Assembly: GCA_002633005.1 (NCBI GenBank)
Contig: NMRA01000032.1
Location: 290,911 to 354,910, forward strand
Source: Phoronis australis
Taxonomy: Eukaryota > Animalia > Phoronida
Direction: 5' to 3'
Length of the DNA: 64,000 nt
Shown: positions 36,201-51,200 of the stretch, piece by piece
Numbering within the stretch: position 1 is the first letter of the stretch
Layout: every line of letters begins with the position of its first letter
Translations under genes and position numbers: made by a program
The notes under the pieces: generated by a model
What the model was told of the DNA's origin: nothing
Databases searched by the model: none
What the model saw: the letters and a program-made list of their open reading frames with translations, nothing else

Positions 36201-39200
36201 GTGCACAAGAAATTATTGCTGTCTTGGACGAGACTGAACATTAAGATCCATACATTTTGGATTTAGATTGTCTTTTAGTTTGATTCCAAGATGCACCTTT
36301 GAATAAGCTAAGCATACAGTGTCCTAAAGGAGTTGATAATATACAGGAATAAAAAGGTTATTTACTGTAACTAGGTCTCTGACCTATTTTACCAAACACA
36401 TGGGCCACCACGTGCAAATGAGCTCAGCTCATAAGTCACGTCTAAGCCGGTAAAATGAAGAGTGAAGATTTTGCCTTGCGAGGCAGTGAAGTGAATGTCT
36501 CACTTGTTGAATTTCTTCTACCGAGCATCGCTAGCTAAGTGCTGAACTGATTACCTTTGACAGCCTCATAAACTCAAACATCTCTCAGTGACTCATTGTA
36601 ACTGTGTGTACTACATTTATATCTAATTAATCTAAAAATATTTCTTAGATCCATGAGCATTTTGCTTAGCTGTGTGCGAGTAACCTGCATCGTGCTATAA
36701 GCTGAGCTTTAGTTAAGTTGCGGCAGACAGCTCAGCTAGTAGTTACCAGTCTACTGTGGCCGTAAGGTTGTATGTTTCACTTCACACAACACTAACAGCT
36801 TTACCGGTTAGCTCTCTTGATATTTTCATCCACGTCAACGTAGGGGACAAGGTGTGGACTTCGCCGAGCACGAGATTCCTCGGTCATCCCGTATGTCCAG
36901 CCCTGTTTGATCCGGTCCCTTGACCAAACATTGTGAGTATTCTCAGCCAGCTGACTGATCAGTTCGTCCACTCTCTGAGTGACTGTCACTGTGCTAAGAT
37001 CAAGTGGGGTGGGCTTATAACCGTTGGACTGTAGGTAACTATAACATAGACATAATAAAGTGTATTGGGTATAGACTGCACACTTAAGAGAATATGTTTC
37101 TTTTTTTATGATTTTATTACAAGTCAACAATTCTTGCCATTGTCAGGCATTAACTGAAATCAAGGCTTGTGTCTTTTCCATTCAATATACTTAAAATACT
37201 TTTCTATTTAATGGATGGGATTTGGCTCATCCCATCAACTTAGTATTCACCTGGATTACTGATAATGACCATTGTCTAAGGATACTGCTCTGTTATTCTC
37301 CTAACAATAAAATAGCAACACCAAAAATAGGGTCTTACTTATTTGGAAGTTTCAAGGTCTTCAGACGCGTATTCTCTTGTTCTTCGGCATTGACTGATAT
37401 GTGATAACCCAGAGCTATAAGAGTTCTGTAAACAAAGACATTAAATTGGTTGGTGAATTATTTTCCTTCACATCTCACACTGCCATCCTATTTCCAAACA
37501 GGGATATCGTAATTATGAGTTATAATTAATACTTGCCACCTAAATGAGAAACAGGATACTCCGAAAGATCCGAACTGATTGAGGTATGAATGGCATGAAC
37601 CGCAGTTACATAACTCACTTTGATGCCAGTTTTTGCAGGGCCTAGTTTCCTCAATCAAACTGTTACATATCCAGTGAACTTTTGCTGCTTTAAAAGTTTT
37701 CAATGGTGAACAAATCCACAGGACACAACACGATAAGTAAACCCATTTTTGCAGAGGTTCAAATAGTCTGTTTACTAACAATCCTACCTCAGTGTTTCAT
37801 AGGCTAACGTGACGTCATACTGTCGTTCACTTGCTGGCAGATGTTCAAAAGTGGTCAGGCAAGGATGTTTCCGTCTGGCGTCATCTCGGCGCTACATGAT
37901 AACACAAGAAATTATTTTTGTATTCAATTTCACCATGAACATTCAACTTGCTGATATAATCACCTGCACAGTTAGATCAAAAATAAAATACAAAAGACTA
38001 TTTGTCAGATACTTGCATGAAAAGCCAAAATTTGAAGTATCCATGGAAGAAAGAAATTCCGTTTCACTCACTCATCTATTGTACTAATCCAGCAGCTATC
38101 AAGCAAAAGTAGTTTTTGTGCTTTCACTACAGAGAAGAGCTTTCTGCTACAGATAAACAATAGGTCACATCAATTAAATCTCAATTAAGGTATGTCAGAC
38201 TTACTTCTCCATAAGTCCATCCTTGTTCAATCTTGCTCATAGCCCACAGCTCATGGATGTTCTCAGCCAGCCTGTCTCGCACGCTTTCTATAAAGTTGGG
38301 CAACTGAACCTACACAAAAAGCAAGCAAGCACTAAACAATAGGCACAGGAAGTATGGTGTAATATAGTTGACGAACTAAAAATGGTCAACAAAAGCACTT
38401 CAAGCCACGATGCAGTGAACTTTCCTTAGTTTAAAACACAATACGACTGAAAAATGGAATTCTGTTTGTAAATTTTTTTCAACACAAATTTCTAATTTGC
38501 TGTTTCGTTACCAAGGTATAACATGCAGCTATCACCATAAAATACATAGACATTTAGAGCAATTGTAGAAACTTTACAGTGAAGTTGAAGAAAGTTTATA
38601 GGGTATTTAATAAAGTTAAGAGTGTAACTGAAAAACTTATACTTACAGTGTCAAGTGTAATTAAGGGAAATTTCCGTTGCAGTTCAAAAAAGTTTAATTC
38701 AAGAAACTATACACAGTAATTAAAGAAACTTTACAGTGTAGTTAAAGAAACTTTACTGTGTCCAGACGAAATTATAAAAAGCGTCAACCTGCATCAGCAG
38801 TATAAAATACTCTTCATGAAAACAACGCAAAATACTCAATCCGGAAATCAGCAATGAGTACACACTTACATTTGAAGTATCTACAGGGTTGGGCACAAAT
38901 ATGATGTCGTCCTTCATGTAGTTTGGCCCGTACAGCAAACCACGGAGTAGGTTGCCAAAATGGTAGCAGGGTTCAATCACAAGCTTGTGCTTCGGGTGCA
39001 GGGACTCGGCCACCGGGGCGTACATGTCTGGTGGTCCATGCTTCAGTCGGCCATGTTCACCGCCAAACATAAATCGCAAACTGCAGAGTACCAGTTAAAA
39101 ATGATAAATATTCAAAAAATTCCAAAAGTATACAACTTAATAACTATAACTTAAACATTTCAAACAAGTAACCAATTGCAAAGTTTAGGATCAAGCCCGG

Positions 39201-42200
39201 GTTGGCAGCTAGAGTCCCCTAGTGGCCATTTCCAAATCCATAGTGAGAATTATTCTCAGTGGTGAAAGCATAATTATACGCTTTTCTAATTATCCCATTT
39301 AAAAAAACAAGTTATAAAAATTGAAACAAACTTTCCTATGACACAGGTTACCTAACATGATTGTATTTTAAAGAATGGTATAAATGTCACAAAACTGAGC
39401 ACAGTGCCTCTTTAAGAGTGCCTAAATTACCTGACTTTGGCAGACATGGTGATGACAGGGAAGAACAGACCAGTCTTATTGAAGTCCTTGAACAGACCTT
39501 TGACCTTGATCCCGTTGACACTGAAGGACATGACAGACACTTCAAGGTCAAGGCTACAACCAATGATGTCACCTTTTTGTAGCGCCTGATTGGTCTGTCT
39601 CACTGGCCGCACTTTTCCACCTATGAATTATAATTATTTATAAAGAATTAAGGACATAGACCAGGACTTTTAAGGGCTTTATAAACACATTGTTCATAAA
39701 ACTTGTGATGTGTTCAAACGTGGATCCCACCAGCTCTCCATTTCCATCATCGTTTCCGTTCACTAATAATGGACTAACTGCTGACATCTGACACTGACTA
39801 AGCTGAAGACAGTCCCACACATGAGCCGTGTTGAATACATGCTATTCTATTACAAGATCTTTATGTAACTCAAATATGGGACTGGATGGATTACAGTGAG
39901 TTGCTGCAGCCACTTACGGCACACATGGACTAATCAGAAAATGCTGTTTCTTCATATCATGAAGGACAACAAGAATGCAATGCTGGTATGAGGAGGTTTG
40001 TGTATCATGTATGTTATATTTTATACTATAATTTAAGGATGTTTAACATTGGACCTACCCCTTTAAAAGATGAGGTTAGTGAATGTGCTCAACACAAATT
40101 CAAGAAGTACAAATATTTAAAGACATTCTTCTCGGGGCAAACACTCTGAACACCCAACAAGGCAAACATGCAGAACTTTACTTTGCCAATTTGCTCTACA
40201 AAAATAATAAAAACTTGCTTTATATTGAGCAGTTATAAAACAAAACTTTTGGAAAATATGGAAAATGGATATTTTGTTATTTTTGTTCTTGAGTACTACC
40301 TGTTGTAAACCAAACAAAATGCGCACCAACGAGGAAAGAAAATTCTAAAAAAGACAACAACTTTGATAAAGTTCACCAACCGTATGAAAATAGAACACTT
40401 TGAATTAATCACTAATCATCTCTCAATTCCCTATAATGGCACAAAGCAATTGCTATCACGAAAATGGACATGACCATTGTTTGAAAAAATCGGCCTGCGA
40501 TAGGACTTTTTTCAATTTGGGACGAAAACTATTGCTAAAATTACAATTTTAGAGAGACATTGAAAATGTTCGAATTTTTGCTTAGTGACACCTATACTGT
40601 GCAAAACAAGCAAAAAATAAAAGTAAATGTCTTGATCTATCAATAACCTGAGGAACTGATCCACACACACTCTACTTACCTGTCCATAAGTTGACACCAT
40701 CGAACCCATACGAGTAGAGATCATCACCAACACCGTTGGCTCCCCAGCCCTCACCACCACCAGGGTAGGGCACAAAGCCATCCGTGTTGGCCCAGCCTAC
40801 ACGAATGATCGGAACGCTGTTTGACATTTGCTCAATGTGGTCAATAATGACCTCGTAGTACCACTTCTTGTACATGGCGCCACCTTCAGCCAAGCCGAGG
40901 AAGATGTTGGGCTGCATGCTGAAGTACAACGGAAAACAGAATTCACGACGTTGCGTCCGATCCAATTAACAAGCTGTGCGACAATAACAGTTCTTAATTA
41001 ATTTAATGTACTTGACATTATACACACAGGAATGTATATTGTAAACAAGTGTCAGTTTTATTCACTATTTCACATCACATCATCCATAAATTTCCAGTGA
41101 CTCTAATTTGTAAGTTTTATAACCCATATTACACCTGATCATGAAATCTACTGTGACATTAAACAATGAAAGCTGGTTATTTTTTTCTAACAACACAGCC
41201 ATCATATATCTACACTGTCTCATACAAAGCAGTGCAAAAATATACATGGGTCAAACTGCGCATAGCATTTTCATGATTGTAATATTCCCTTGTGCTACTC
41301 ATAGCCACATTACATACAGAACACACTTACTAAGCGTGTCTTCATTTTTGTAACAAAAGAGAGTTATAAAAGATTCATTATGCAATTATAGTATTTTAAT
41401 TGTTTTTCTTTCCATAACACCAAGTGCAAAAACATCTCCAGCTTTGCAAATAAGGCTAAAAATTCTAAGCACAACCTGGGGCTTTCCAAACTTGGCTCAT
41501 CCAGTTTGAATAAAAGGAGACGGAACACTGCAAAGATATTACCTAAGTTCACTTCCTAGTTTTTGTAAATTCAAGTCATTTTCAAATGACATTCACAGCA
41601 TATTCTGCTAGACTAGTCTTACCTAACAGTGTGATCGATCACTTTTGTCTGTAGCAGAAGGTCACGACCCGGCAGGAGGTTATTGACGATTAAATTTTGA
41701 TTGGATCGTACTGCAACATCATTACCAACGCAAAGCGAACAAAGAACTTCAAGCACCTGAAATGAATTTAACAAACAAGGCATTGACAATAGGGAGATAG
41801 AAGATACCAGGCTTTCAGGCATTTAAATGAATATTAAAAGCAGCAGTAGCACAGTTTTTGTACAGTTTAAACATTACTAATAATGATTATTCTTAATAAC
41901 TATTACCTATAATTATTAAATCTACAAGAAGGAAAAATGAGTTGATATAAATAATTGGGCCCCATTCCAAGGAACTGACTTAATAACTTCATTTTTGACT
42001 AAGATTTGTCTCAAATTCAGATCACTTTCTTGGAACGTGCTTAAGACAAATTGAAGTCTTTACTTAAAATTGACTTAAACTTAACATTTGTCTTAGATAA
42101 GTCAATTTTCAAGATTCTTCAAAATTTATTGGGCATTCTTCATATTACCCTCATGCCTCTATACTCAGTACAGTGCCATAATTCTAGGCTAACTAAACAA

Positions 42201-45200
42201 CAGACATGGCAGGAGAATACGAAATCGTAGATAATCCTTGGAAACCTACAGAAGCCTTAGCAACATAGAGCAGGATCAAAACTTCCATGGAAGAAGCTTA
42301 TTTTTTTCAATTCACGGATTAACTTTACAGGCAAAATCAATTAACACTAGGCACTTAGGAGTATAAAACGTAAATGTTAGGGCCATGCACAGGGCAAACT
42401 CACCTTAGGGTCTCTGCCATGTTGGTCGATGAGGGATATTATTGCACGAATGTGCTGCTCGGTAATCATGTTCAGTGCCTCGGGACTGTCCAATAGGATA
42501 CAGTGAAGCACATCCAGCACGCCTTTTGATGACTCCTGCCCACCCTCTAGCCGTTGGACCAGCCAATCAAGTTTTTGCGTTTGAGCGAACTGAGAACAGT
42601 TGGCACGGTTACCCTTGATCATGGCAGCTGTCAATGAAGAAAATTATATGGCTGTTACTTATGTTCCCGATCTAAATTTTCGAAAGTTAACACAGCAAGT
42701 CCTGGGCTACTTACCCATAATTCTGCAGTAAATGAAAATACAGTAAAATTGTAACTAGATAAAGATACATGAAATGAAAGCTACAAGAAAAATTTCATGT
42801 AGAATTAAGTCTCCATCACGCTGCATGCATTGTAAGCCAGGTCTCACTGGCAACACTTCTGATCTCATTAAAACTATTTTTAATGCCGAAGCACACTTTC
42901 GGCATTAAGCGCAACCAATAAATTAAGTTGCTGATACTTCAACAACATTCAACAAAATCTTATACAAACCAAGCAGTAGATAAAGAAGGTTGGAGATCTC
43001 TTCCCACATCTCGCCAGCCTCATCACCAGCATAATGAGCAAAATGGCGTTGGCTCTTGAACTGTCCAAGGGTGTCTATACTGGTCAGGATCAGAGTAATG
43101 ATTCCCTGTCAACAAATAGAAGACACTGATTACTGCCCTGGGATGCTATGACATGTCTTCCTTTGCAAGCCCATGATTTTGAATCNNNNNNNNNNNNNNN
43201 NNNNNNNNNNNNNNNNNNNNNNNNNNNNNNNNNNNNNNNNNNNNNNNNNNNNNNNNNNNNNNNNNNNNNNNNNNNNNNNNNNNNNNNNNNNNNNNNNNNN
43301 NNNNNNNNNNNNNNNNNNNNNNNNNNNNNNNNNNNNNNNNNNNNNNNNNNNNNNNNNNNNNNNNNNNNNNNNNNNNNNNNNNNNNNNNNNNNNNNNNNNN
43401 NNNNNNNNNNNNNNNNNNNNNNNNNNNNNNNNNNNNNNNNNNNNNNNNNNNNNNNNNNNNNNNNNNNNNNNNNNNNNNNNNNNNNNNNNNNNNNNNNNNN
43501 NNNNNNNNNNNNNNNNNNNNNNNNNNNNNNNNNNNNNNNNNNNNNNNNNNNNNNNNNNNNNNNNNNNNNNNNNNNNNNNNNNNNNNNNNNNNNNNNNNNN
43601 NNNNNNNNNNNNNNNNNNNNNNNNNNNNNNNNNNNNNNNNNNNNTCCCAATCTCTCCCTCACACTCTCCCCCACTGACCTCCTTCCCACCCCTACCAACC
43701 TCCCTCCCTGCCCCTCTCTACCTATCCTTTCCCCTACCTCTTCCTGGAACAGATCCTGCCTGTTGCGGAGAGCTCTCAGTTTGTTCTGCTTCTCCTCATG
43801 CTCAGTCTCATCCGCTGGCTGAGCAAAGTAATCAATGAGGTCCTCCAGACATTTGTGGACCTCGGTCAGGCTTATGGAGCCCCATAGAGGACTGGTCTTA
43901 CCCTCTGTGCGCAGCACATCTAATGCTCTAATAAAGGAGATAAAAATGAGCAGGTCAGTTATGATAATTGTGAAATTTTGCTCAATAATTAAATCTCTGC
44001 CCCAAAGCGAAAACTTCATTAACCCCAATAAATGACAGCGCTTGCTGATGTTGCAGCACTTTCAGAAACAAATGGCGCAATCAACAGTTAAACAATTAAC
44101 TGATAGCAATTTTTAACGCAAAAAAACAGAGAACTGGAGGTGACACTTCCTGAAAACAAATGTGAGCATGTTTCTGCAACAATGACACAATTTTATTATA
44201 ATGGGCGCAAAGCTAACATGAGGTACATTCGGGCTCATTCGGCACAGCACACTACTGTTGAAGCTCTTACCGAAGTCTTCCAATTCTTATAGTGTAAAAA
44301 TAAACCTTCGCCCCCAACTGCATTTGTTTTTTGTAGGCGACACCGAGTCCCCTCGATTACTTAAAGGACTTGCATTTTCCAACTGTGGGTTCATACACGC
44401 GTGCTTTTATCACCTATAATTTGAGCTACAATGCTAAAAGCAGAAACATGTTTTAATGGTCTTCTCTAAATCACTCACTTGACAAATCTGTTGAAGACAG
44501 AAGCACATTTGCGTATTACATTAGCAGATCTAGATTCCTCTTCCTGGGCCCTGCTCAGTGTGAATCCATCATCCATGTGACCCTCTACCAGTACTATGGC
44601 CTGGGAAGAAAAATCCACAATGAATCTAGTGCTGTTCACACAAAGACTTGCACTAGAACAAATTACTCCTGGAACAAGTTGTCACTGGGTTTGGAAGCTG
44701 TGTGGATGTTATTTAGACTAAAGTGCAACTTACCCCACTTGTGACAATTTACTTCAACTTATTGAGGTTAGGGAAACTTGTTCTGGGGTAAGTTGCGCAA
44801 CTAAAAATATACTCTGATATAATTTTAAAAACAACAAAGACGAGAACCAACTATGTTTTTCTAACCTAACCTAAACAAAGATCACAACTGGAAAGGGCGC
44901 ATACCTGTTTCTCCTCAACACGCCCCATGCCTCTCTTCTTAGTCTCATAAGTGGTATAAGACAACCAGAGGCCAGATGCACAATGTTGTATGAAGACGAC
45001 AGAGTCACCATACTTGATGTCAGCCTTGCCCATCCCCTCGTCTTCGCTACCTTCAACTTGTTTCTTATCATCCTGAACAGCAATGAAGACAAAATTTAAC
45101 CTGCCATTGTTAGAAAGACCACTACATAATTCTCCCCTTGTTCACCTTTTAGATGTGTGGTTTCCCCCTAGTGATGTTCTGAGTAAAGTTATGAAACATT

Positions 45201-48200
45201 GGACCTTTGTATATAGTATAGTATTGTAAATATGACATTGTTCGCTAAAGTGCTTGTTGTATTCTTGTATTGATTTGGCCTAAAACAAAAACTAAGAATT
45301 CTCCACTTATTTTGCACAAAAATATAACTGCTAAAATTGCCATTTACCATTTCCAAAGGTTTATTACTATACTAGAAATAATTAAAAATGAGTTTTGTGA
45401 CATCTGCATAGTACGAACCATGCCAGAAAGAAACTGAAATATTCTTATCATTATTTTTTGCGGTGAAATTTGACAAAATTGAATTTCACTTGTCAGTCAC
45501 ATTGTGTGCTAGGTGAAAATTACTGTACATTGTACAGGAGAACATGGCATTACTATGCATTTTCAAGCACAGTTGCACGGATTCTCTGCCTGCAGCATTT
45601 AATGATAGATTAGATCTATAGAAATGCACAGTTTTGGGTAATAGTAGGATGTAACATGCCCGCACTTTGAGAAGCAGTTTTCTCCTGATTGATGGGCATC
45701 AAACTGGTACTCAAAATGTGGGCACATTTTAAACTTGTCGAACAGCTGGTCTTGGTGTCACAATGCTTGCAATACAATACGTACTATGTGTGCCAAGGTG
45801 GAACTTTTTATTTTTCACTATTCACATGCGTTAACACCTTCTAGTGTTGGAATTGTCCATTTCCAAAGGCTGAATACGCTGCTAAAATTTTACAGACACT
45901 TTGTTTTATGACAGATGTATTGCACAAAACTATGCTAAATTTTGATGTTAAATTTTGTTGAGTTATTTGACAAAATAAAATTCCACTTGTGCACCCAATT
46001 TTGTGCAAAATTGAAAAGCGTCGCTGTAATGTAATGAAATGATCTTCTACTACAACATTGGTAACGTAATCATTTCTGTAAATGTCATTTCTACTCTACA
46101 AACCTTTGATTCCCGTAAGTAAAACGATATCGCCTCATCAGTGGCATCAGACCTGTGAACTGTGGTCACGTCCCGGTCGTTCTTGACCGCCAAGTACCGG
46201 CCAGAGGTCACATGTTTGATGCGAACCTGATGACCCCAGCCAGCGAACCCACCAGCCCACCTGAAATGGATCAATTTGTATGCTAAACACAATTCAGAGA
46301 GGTGCACTATTCGAATGGAATAAGAGAGACGATGAACCGTAATGATTAAATAATAAGGAGATATCATATCTGTAAGTATATACAGTTCAAATATTTCTGT
46401 TTCTACATAAAAATATTCAATGACCATGTTTGTGGCCAACAATGGAAATTGTTAAACACAAACTGTAAAATGAGCATGTCGATCAAATACACTTCCTGTA
46501 GTTTATAAGAACATGCTAAGAACTAGTTACGCAATGTAACGCACTCCCAAGAGAAAGCTTTGAGAGAAACCATATGCTTCCCTCGTAATGCACAAGATCT
46601 CTCATAGATTTGCTCAATTTTGTCAAACTCATAAGATATTAGCCTCTATCAGAACACAGTCGAGTTGCCTCCTGAGTTTACACTTAGCAAATATTTATCT
46701 AATTACATGAAAATATAAGCAAATTACAAAATGCAGTATCGACAGCTAAAGCAATAGGGAAGGCAAAACAGCCAGTTTGTTATCCATCTCAAAAACCTGT
46801 ACTTACTTGATCCTAATTATTTCCAGTCGCCATAGAGACCGGGCGTGAGCACAAACAGCACCAGTTTCATACATAACATCACTGGAAAATCAAAAGTAAG
46901 CCATGTGACAAATAAAATTCCATAACTTGTAACAACTCTTCAAAGTGAGTCTCCACAGACTTTCACGCAACTAGGGTAAGTCCAAAAAATCTGCAACTTC
47001 AAACCCTGTTCAAACAGGTTTGAGACTGTTTAATGCACCAAATGTACCATTTTTGAGTTCCACCGTGGACATACTACAGCAGTGAAGGACGAGAAGTGTT
47101 GACTATGAAGGAGTTCCAGCAACTTTGAAAAAGACAATTGCCAAAATTGTCACTTTCGCATTTTTCAAAATCTAAAGGCATTATCAAAAAAGCACAAATT
47201 TTCATCCTGTGCTTTTTTGATGACACCTGTCCAACATAAATTTTCCAAACAATGAAGTAATATGTTCTTTCTGTTAGCTTCTTTTTATAGTAAAATTTCA
47301 CTGTTCCATTGCACTGTGTAATGAATTGAAAAACTTTACCACTGTTTCCTTATTTCATAACTGCTCAAATTACGTCTGCTGACAAGCGCACAGACATGTT
47401 AAATTTGTCACCTCAAGATCCCAACATTTCATAATACGCCGCTTACAGTTACTTCACAGCATTAATGGCAAAAACTGATTTAAATCAGTTCTAAATATGG
47501 TTTTAAGTCTAAAACTTGATACAGCTGAAGACGGTAAGATAAAGTTTATTAATTAACCGAATCCATGTCATTCCAAGGAAGCGTGACTGAATGTGCACAA
47601 TCGTTGATTGAGTCATCTCAATCAGACGTGTAGAATTTGACAGACTAATCCCGTGAGACGTACCTAAATTCATTATCACTGCCAGCCGAGGGAATTGTCA
47701 AACATTCATCCATATGGCCATGAAACAGACGCACTACATCCCCTCCAAAGGCACAGGCTGTAAAAAAAGGTAACGATTACCGATAAGGCATCGGTAACAA
47801 ATTATTTGTTGAAAAAAGCTTTCACTCTGGTGTTTGTTTTCGGCATTGTCAAAAAATATGAAGGTAAACTAACAGTGTAATGCCTACACTGTAAACATGT
47901 TCTTATATTACAATAAGACAACAATAACAGACGGTAAACTACATGCACCATCTCAAGGTAACCGACCAACTTCAATCTTAAGGATCAAACTTCTCAAAGC
48001 AGCTATAATCCCACCTTCCATCAAATTTTTTTTGATTTATTCCACTTACCATTGTGAAATTGATTTCTAATTCTTTCTTAGTCAAAGCAGACACAATTAC
48101 TGCACTTGAAGAGAACCGACACATAATAAGTCTTTGAAACCAGGCTCTATAAGTTGGCAATAACCAACTTCAGTTTTTCATAAGCCCTGAAATTCACTTT

Positions 48201-51200
48201 TATCGAGAGTGGCAAATAAAAAATGTTTTTGGTGGAAGAAGGGTTTACAACCACTTTCAAAAAATTATTTACAAAGAAGTTATTTGAGAAATTTTATCCT
48301 TGGAAGAAAGAGTGCTCAGTTGCCTTGGAATCGATTAACACAGTATCTCTTTGTAATGTTGACTATGTGAAAATTTAGAACAGAAATTTTTATACTTTAT
48401 TCCTCAATCCCAACTGTGTTCAATAAGTAGTGTCATCTAAATAACTTTAGTTTAAAAATTTAATTTTACTTTCATTTAATAAGGACCCTACCACATAGTT
48501 AAACTATAGCCAGTATACTTCTAAATCATTGAGTGCATGTAGACGAAGGAACAGCATTTAGAACTGATTTGAATAACTAAAACAATAAATCACATAGATA
48601 CCCATGGATTTGGCCCTGATGGTGCCAGAACATATTGGCGCCACCGTCCAGAGAGTTTGTTGGAAGGAAGCTATCACACTACCTTCACTACCAATGTGCT
48701 GAAAGAGAAAGATATGTAATCAACCTTCAATGTAACATTCTCAAATTACAAGCTGAAAGAATGAAAGTCCCAAAATTTACCCACAATGCGATAGATCAAT
48801 TGAGCGGAGTGCATTCATTAGAACACGTTTCTTGGTCATGCCAAATCAACAGAGAGAAAGGTAAAGGTTTTGCGAGAGAAGCCTACGATACTCCTCCCAC
48901 ATACCAGCAAAAGTGAAACCATTACGCGACAAGGTCGGAATGTGAATTATTGGACAAAATTCATGCTTTCCGTTCCATAATCTAAGTTTTCTTGTCACAG
49001 TGTCCCAGGAGAGCCTAGTGTTTAAGGAACGCAGCCTTGATGTGTTTTAACCTGCAGGTACGTATGAGTCGTATACAATACAACAAGAATACAGATACTT
49101 TACAATGACTGTTAATTAAACAAAAACAAGATGCATAATGTGAGTTACTGGATACGAGGATGAAAATGACTGAACCTCGATGTTGAGTTTCAATCGAAGC
49201 AGTTCGAAAGTAAAGGTTATCAACGAAAAGTTTTTAGCATAAGATATTACAGTAAAAGAGAATGCAGAAAAATTGTCAGAGACATAATTTGTTTTAGTAA
49301 AATTTGTAGAACATTATATTGCTATATGTGTTAAACTAAATTATTAACTGTTTGTAGGATTACTTGAATTGTTGTGCCATTGAAATTCTGTTGCTATACA
49401 GCCGTGCTTAGTTTTCAAATTTCAAATTGAACAATGTTCTGGTTATAGCATTTATCTTTGCTACAGTAAAAAACTCAGTATTTAATGAGAAAAGCAAAAG
49501 TTAACAATTTTCAAGAAATACTCTCAAATGTATAAATGATGGAACAAGTAATAAATCACTTAAAATGTTATTTCAAGAACGCAAATGACTTAAGTTAAGA
49601 GACAAATAACAACCCAACTTAATTTCAATAATGTGTGGGCAAAAACTGTCTGTCCATTAAACCACATATAATTTGAAATCCCTTTGCCTCAGCAGGCACA
49701 CAACTGATAGTGGGAGTTCATAAATGCATTAATCATACAATTAAATCATGAGTGCTCTGTGTGCACTCAGCATGCAGCCACTTTTCAATAGACATCATGC
49801 TGATTGTTTAGCCTCAAGACTTGAGGGGATGAAAGGAGGTTTGAACTGACTATCAGTACTTTTGCTGGCATCGTTTGATGGAATTTCAGTTTGAGAGGGA
49901 AAGAGGATGAAGTTTGAGAAGTTCAAGTTACTAAAGTAGATCTTGCTTAATTAAGAATGTTAAGCCGTATAACAAACGACAATACCATGACAAACATAAC
50001 AACCTGCTTTTTTGACACTTTCACCAGAATTGAGTATTTTGTCTAAAATACCGGAAGATTTAATATTTTACAAAGTGAAAGAACTTTGACATTGCATTGT
50101 CAGGCAATAAGTATGTTGCTTCATCATAAACTGGGCAATAGTCTGATATAACGTGCCCATATTTTGAGAACCAGTTTGATGCCCGTTATTTAGTGGGTTC
50201 TCAAAACTCGGGCAGGTTATATCAGATCATTACCAAAAACACTCTACAAGCAATTCTGACACTATTAAATCTTAGGCTAAGATCGCAAAGAAAATATGAT
50301 GCAAAATCCCTAATTACCAGATATCTCTCCGAGGCCACACTAACTAATATCAGATCATCGCCTACACGAACTTTTTCTCCCTCTGACCGCTGCTTGGATG
50401 CAGGATGAATTGTCCACCAACAGGATTCGCCTGAAAGAAGTAATAAAAATGAATGCATTTGAACATGACTGGATTAATTTGACAAATAACTACATACAAA
50501 AACCTGATTTCAGATCTCATAACCTTGTTGACAAAACCGCCATCTTGTAACATGATGATATTCCCATTTGTAGAGAAAATAATATGTCAATTGTCATTTT
50601 GTGTTTGATTTTACTTTATTTGTGTTTTTGTTGATAAAGGAAGTTGTTACATCCGAAAATTTCAAATTTCAGTTGATCCATTCTTGTTGTTTTATTTACC
50701 GATTTATAGAGAAAATAAAGAATTTTTCCACACTAAATAACAAAAAACGGAGCTCAATTAAAAAATGTCTGAGCTATTAATCAAGATTAAGTGTGTCTAA
50801 AATTTTTGCAACTATATTTTGACTCAATATAATTACTTCATTTCGTTCAAGTGATGAAAGTTGTTTTCAAATCGTGTAGTATTTTGTACACATGATGAGG
50901 GTTAACTTACCATCTTAGGACAAACATCATTTTACAGTCATGTGACAGATAGATCATGGCCATATCAAGACACATGAAACTGTGCATTACATAATAGATC
51001 AGAGCTCACCTTCTTCTGTTTCCTGCAGTCCAACATCAAAGGCCAATTTATCGTTTGACGAACTTGTAGAAAGACATGAGAGATACTGCAAAAGATTAAC
51101 AAAAACGATTGTTGAAATTATGTTTTTCAAAACAGTTATCAGTCAAAATACCATTTTCCTGTCATTACAATTAATTATGTCTACAGCAAAAAATGACAGG

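Noticed and set aside
43090-44028. Long ORFs of 221-312 aa in the ORF track
   Set aside because: They are artefacts of translating through the N gap; only 43738-43927 of that ORF is coding.
50911-50913. Possible 3-nt micro-exon (cctaag|ATG|gtaagt)
   Set aside because: E4-E5 already join without a gap in a conserved motif ([12 protein letters not shown]), so this is likely a chance match.
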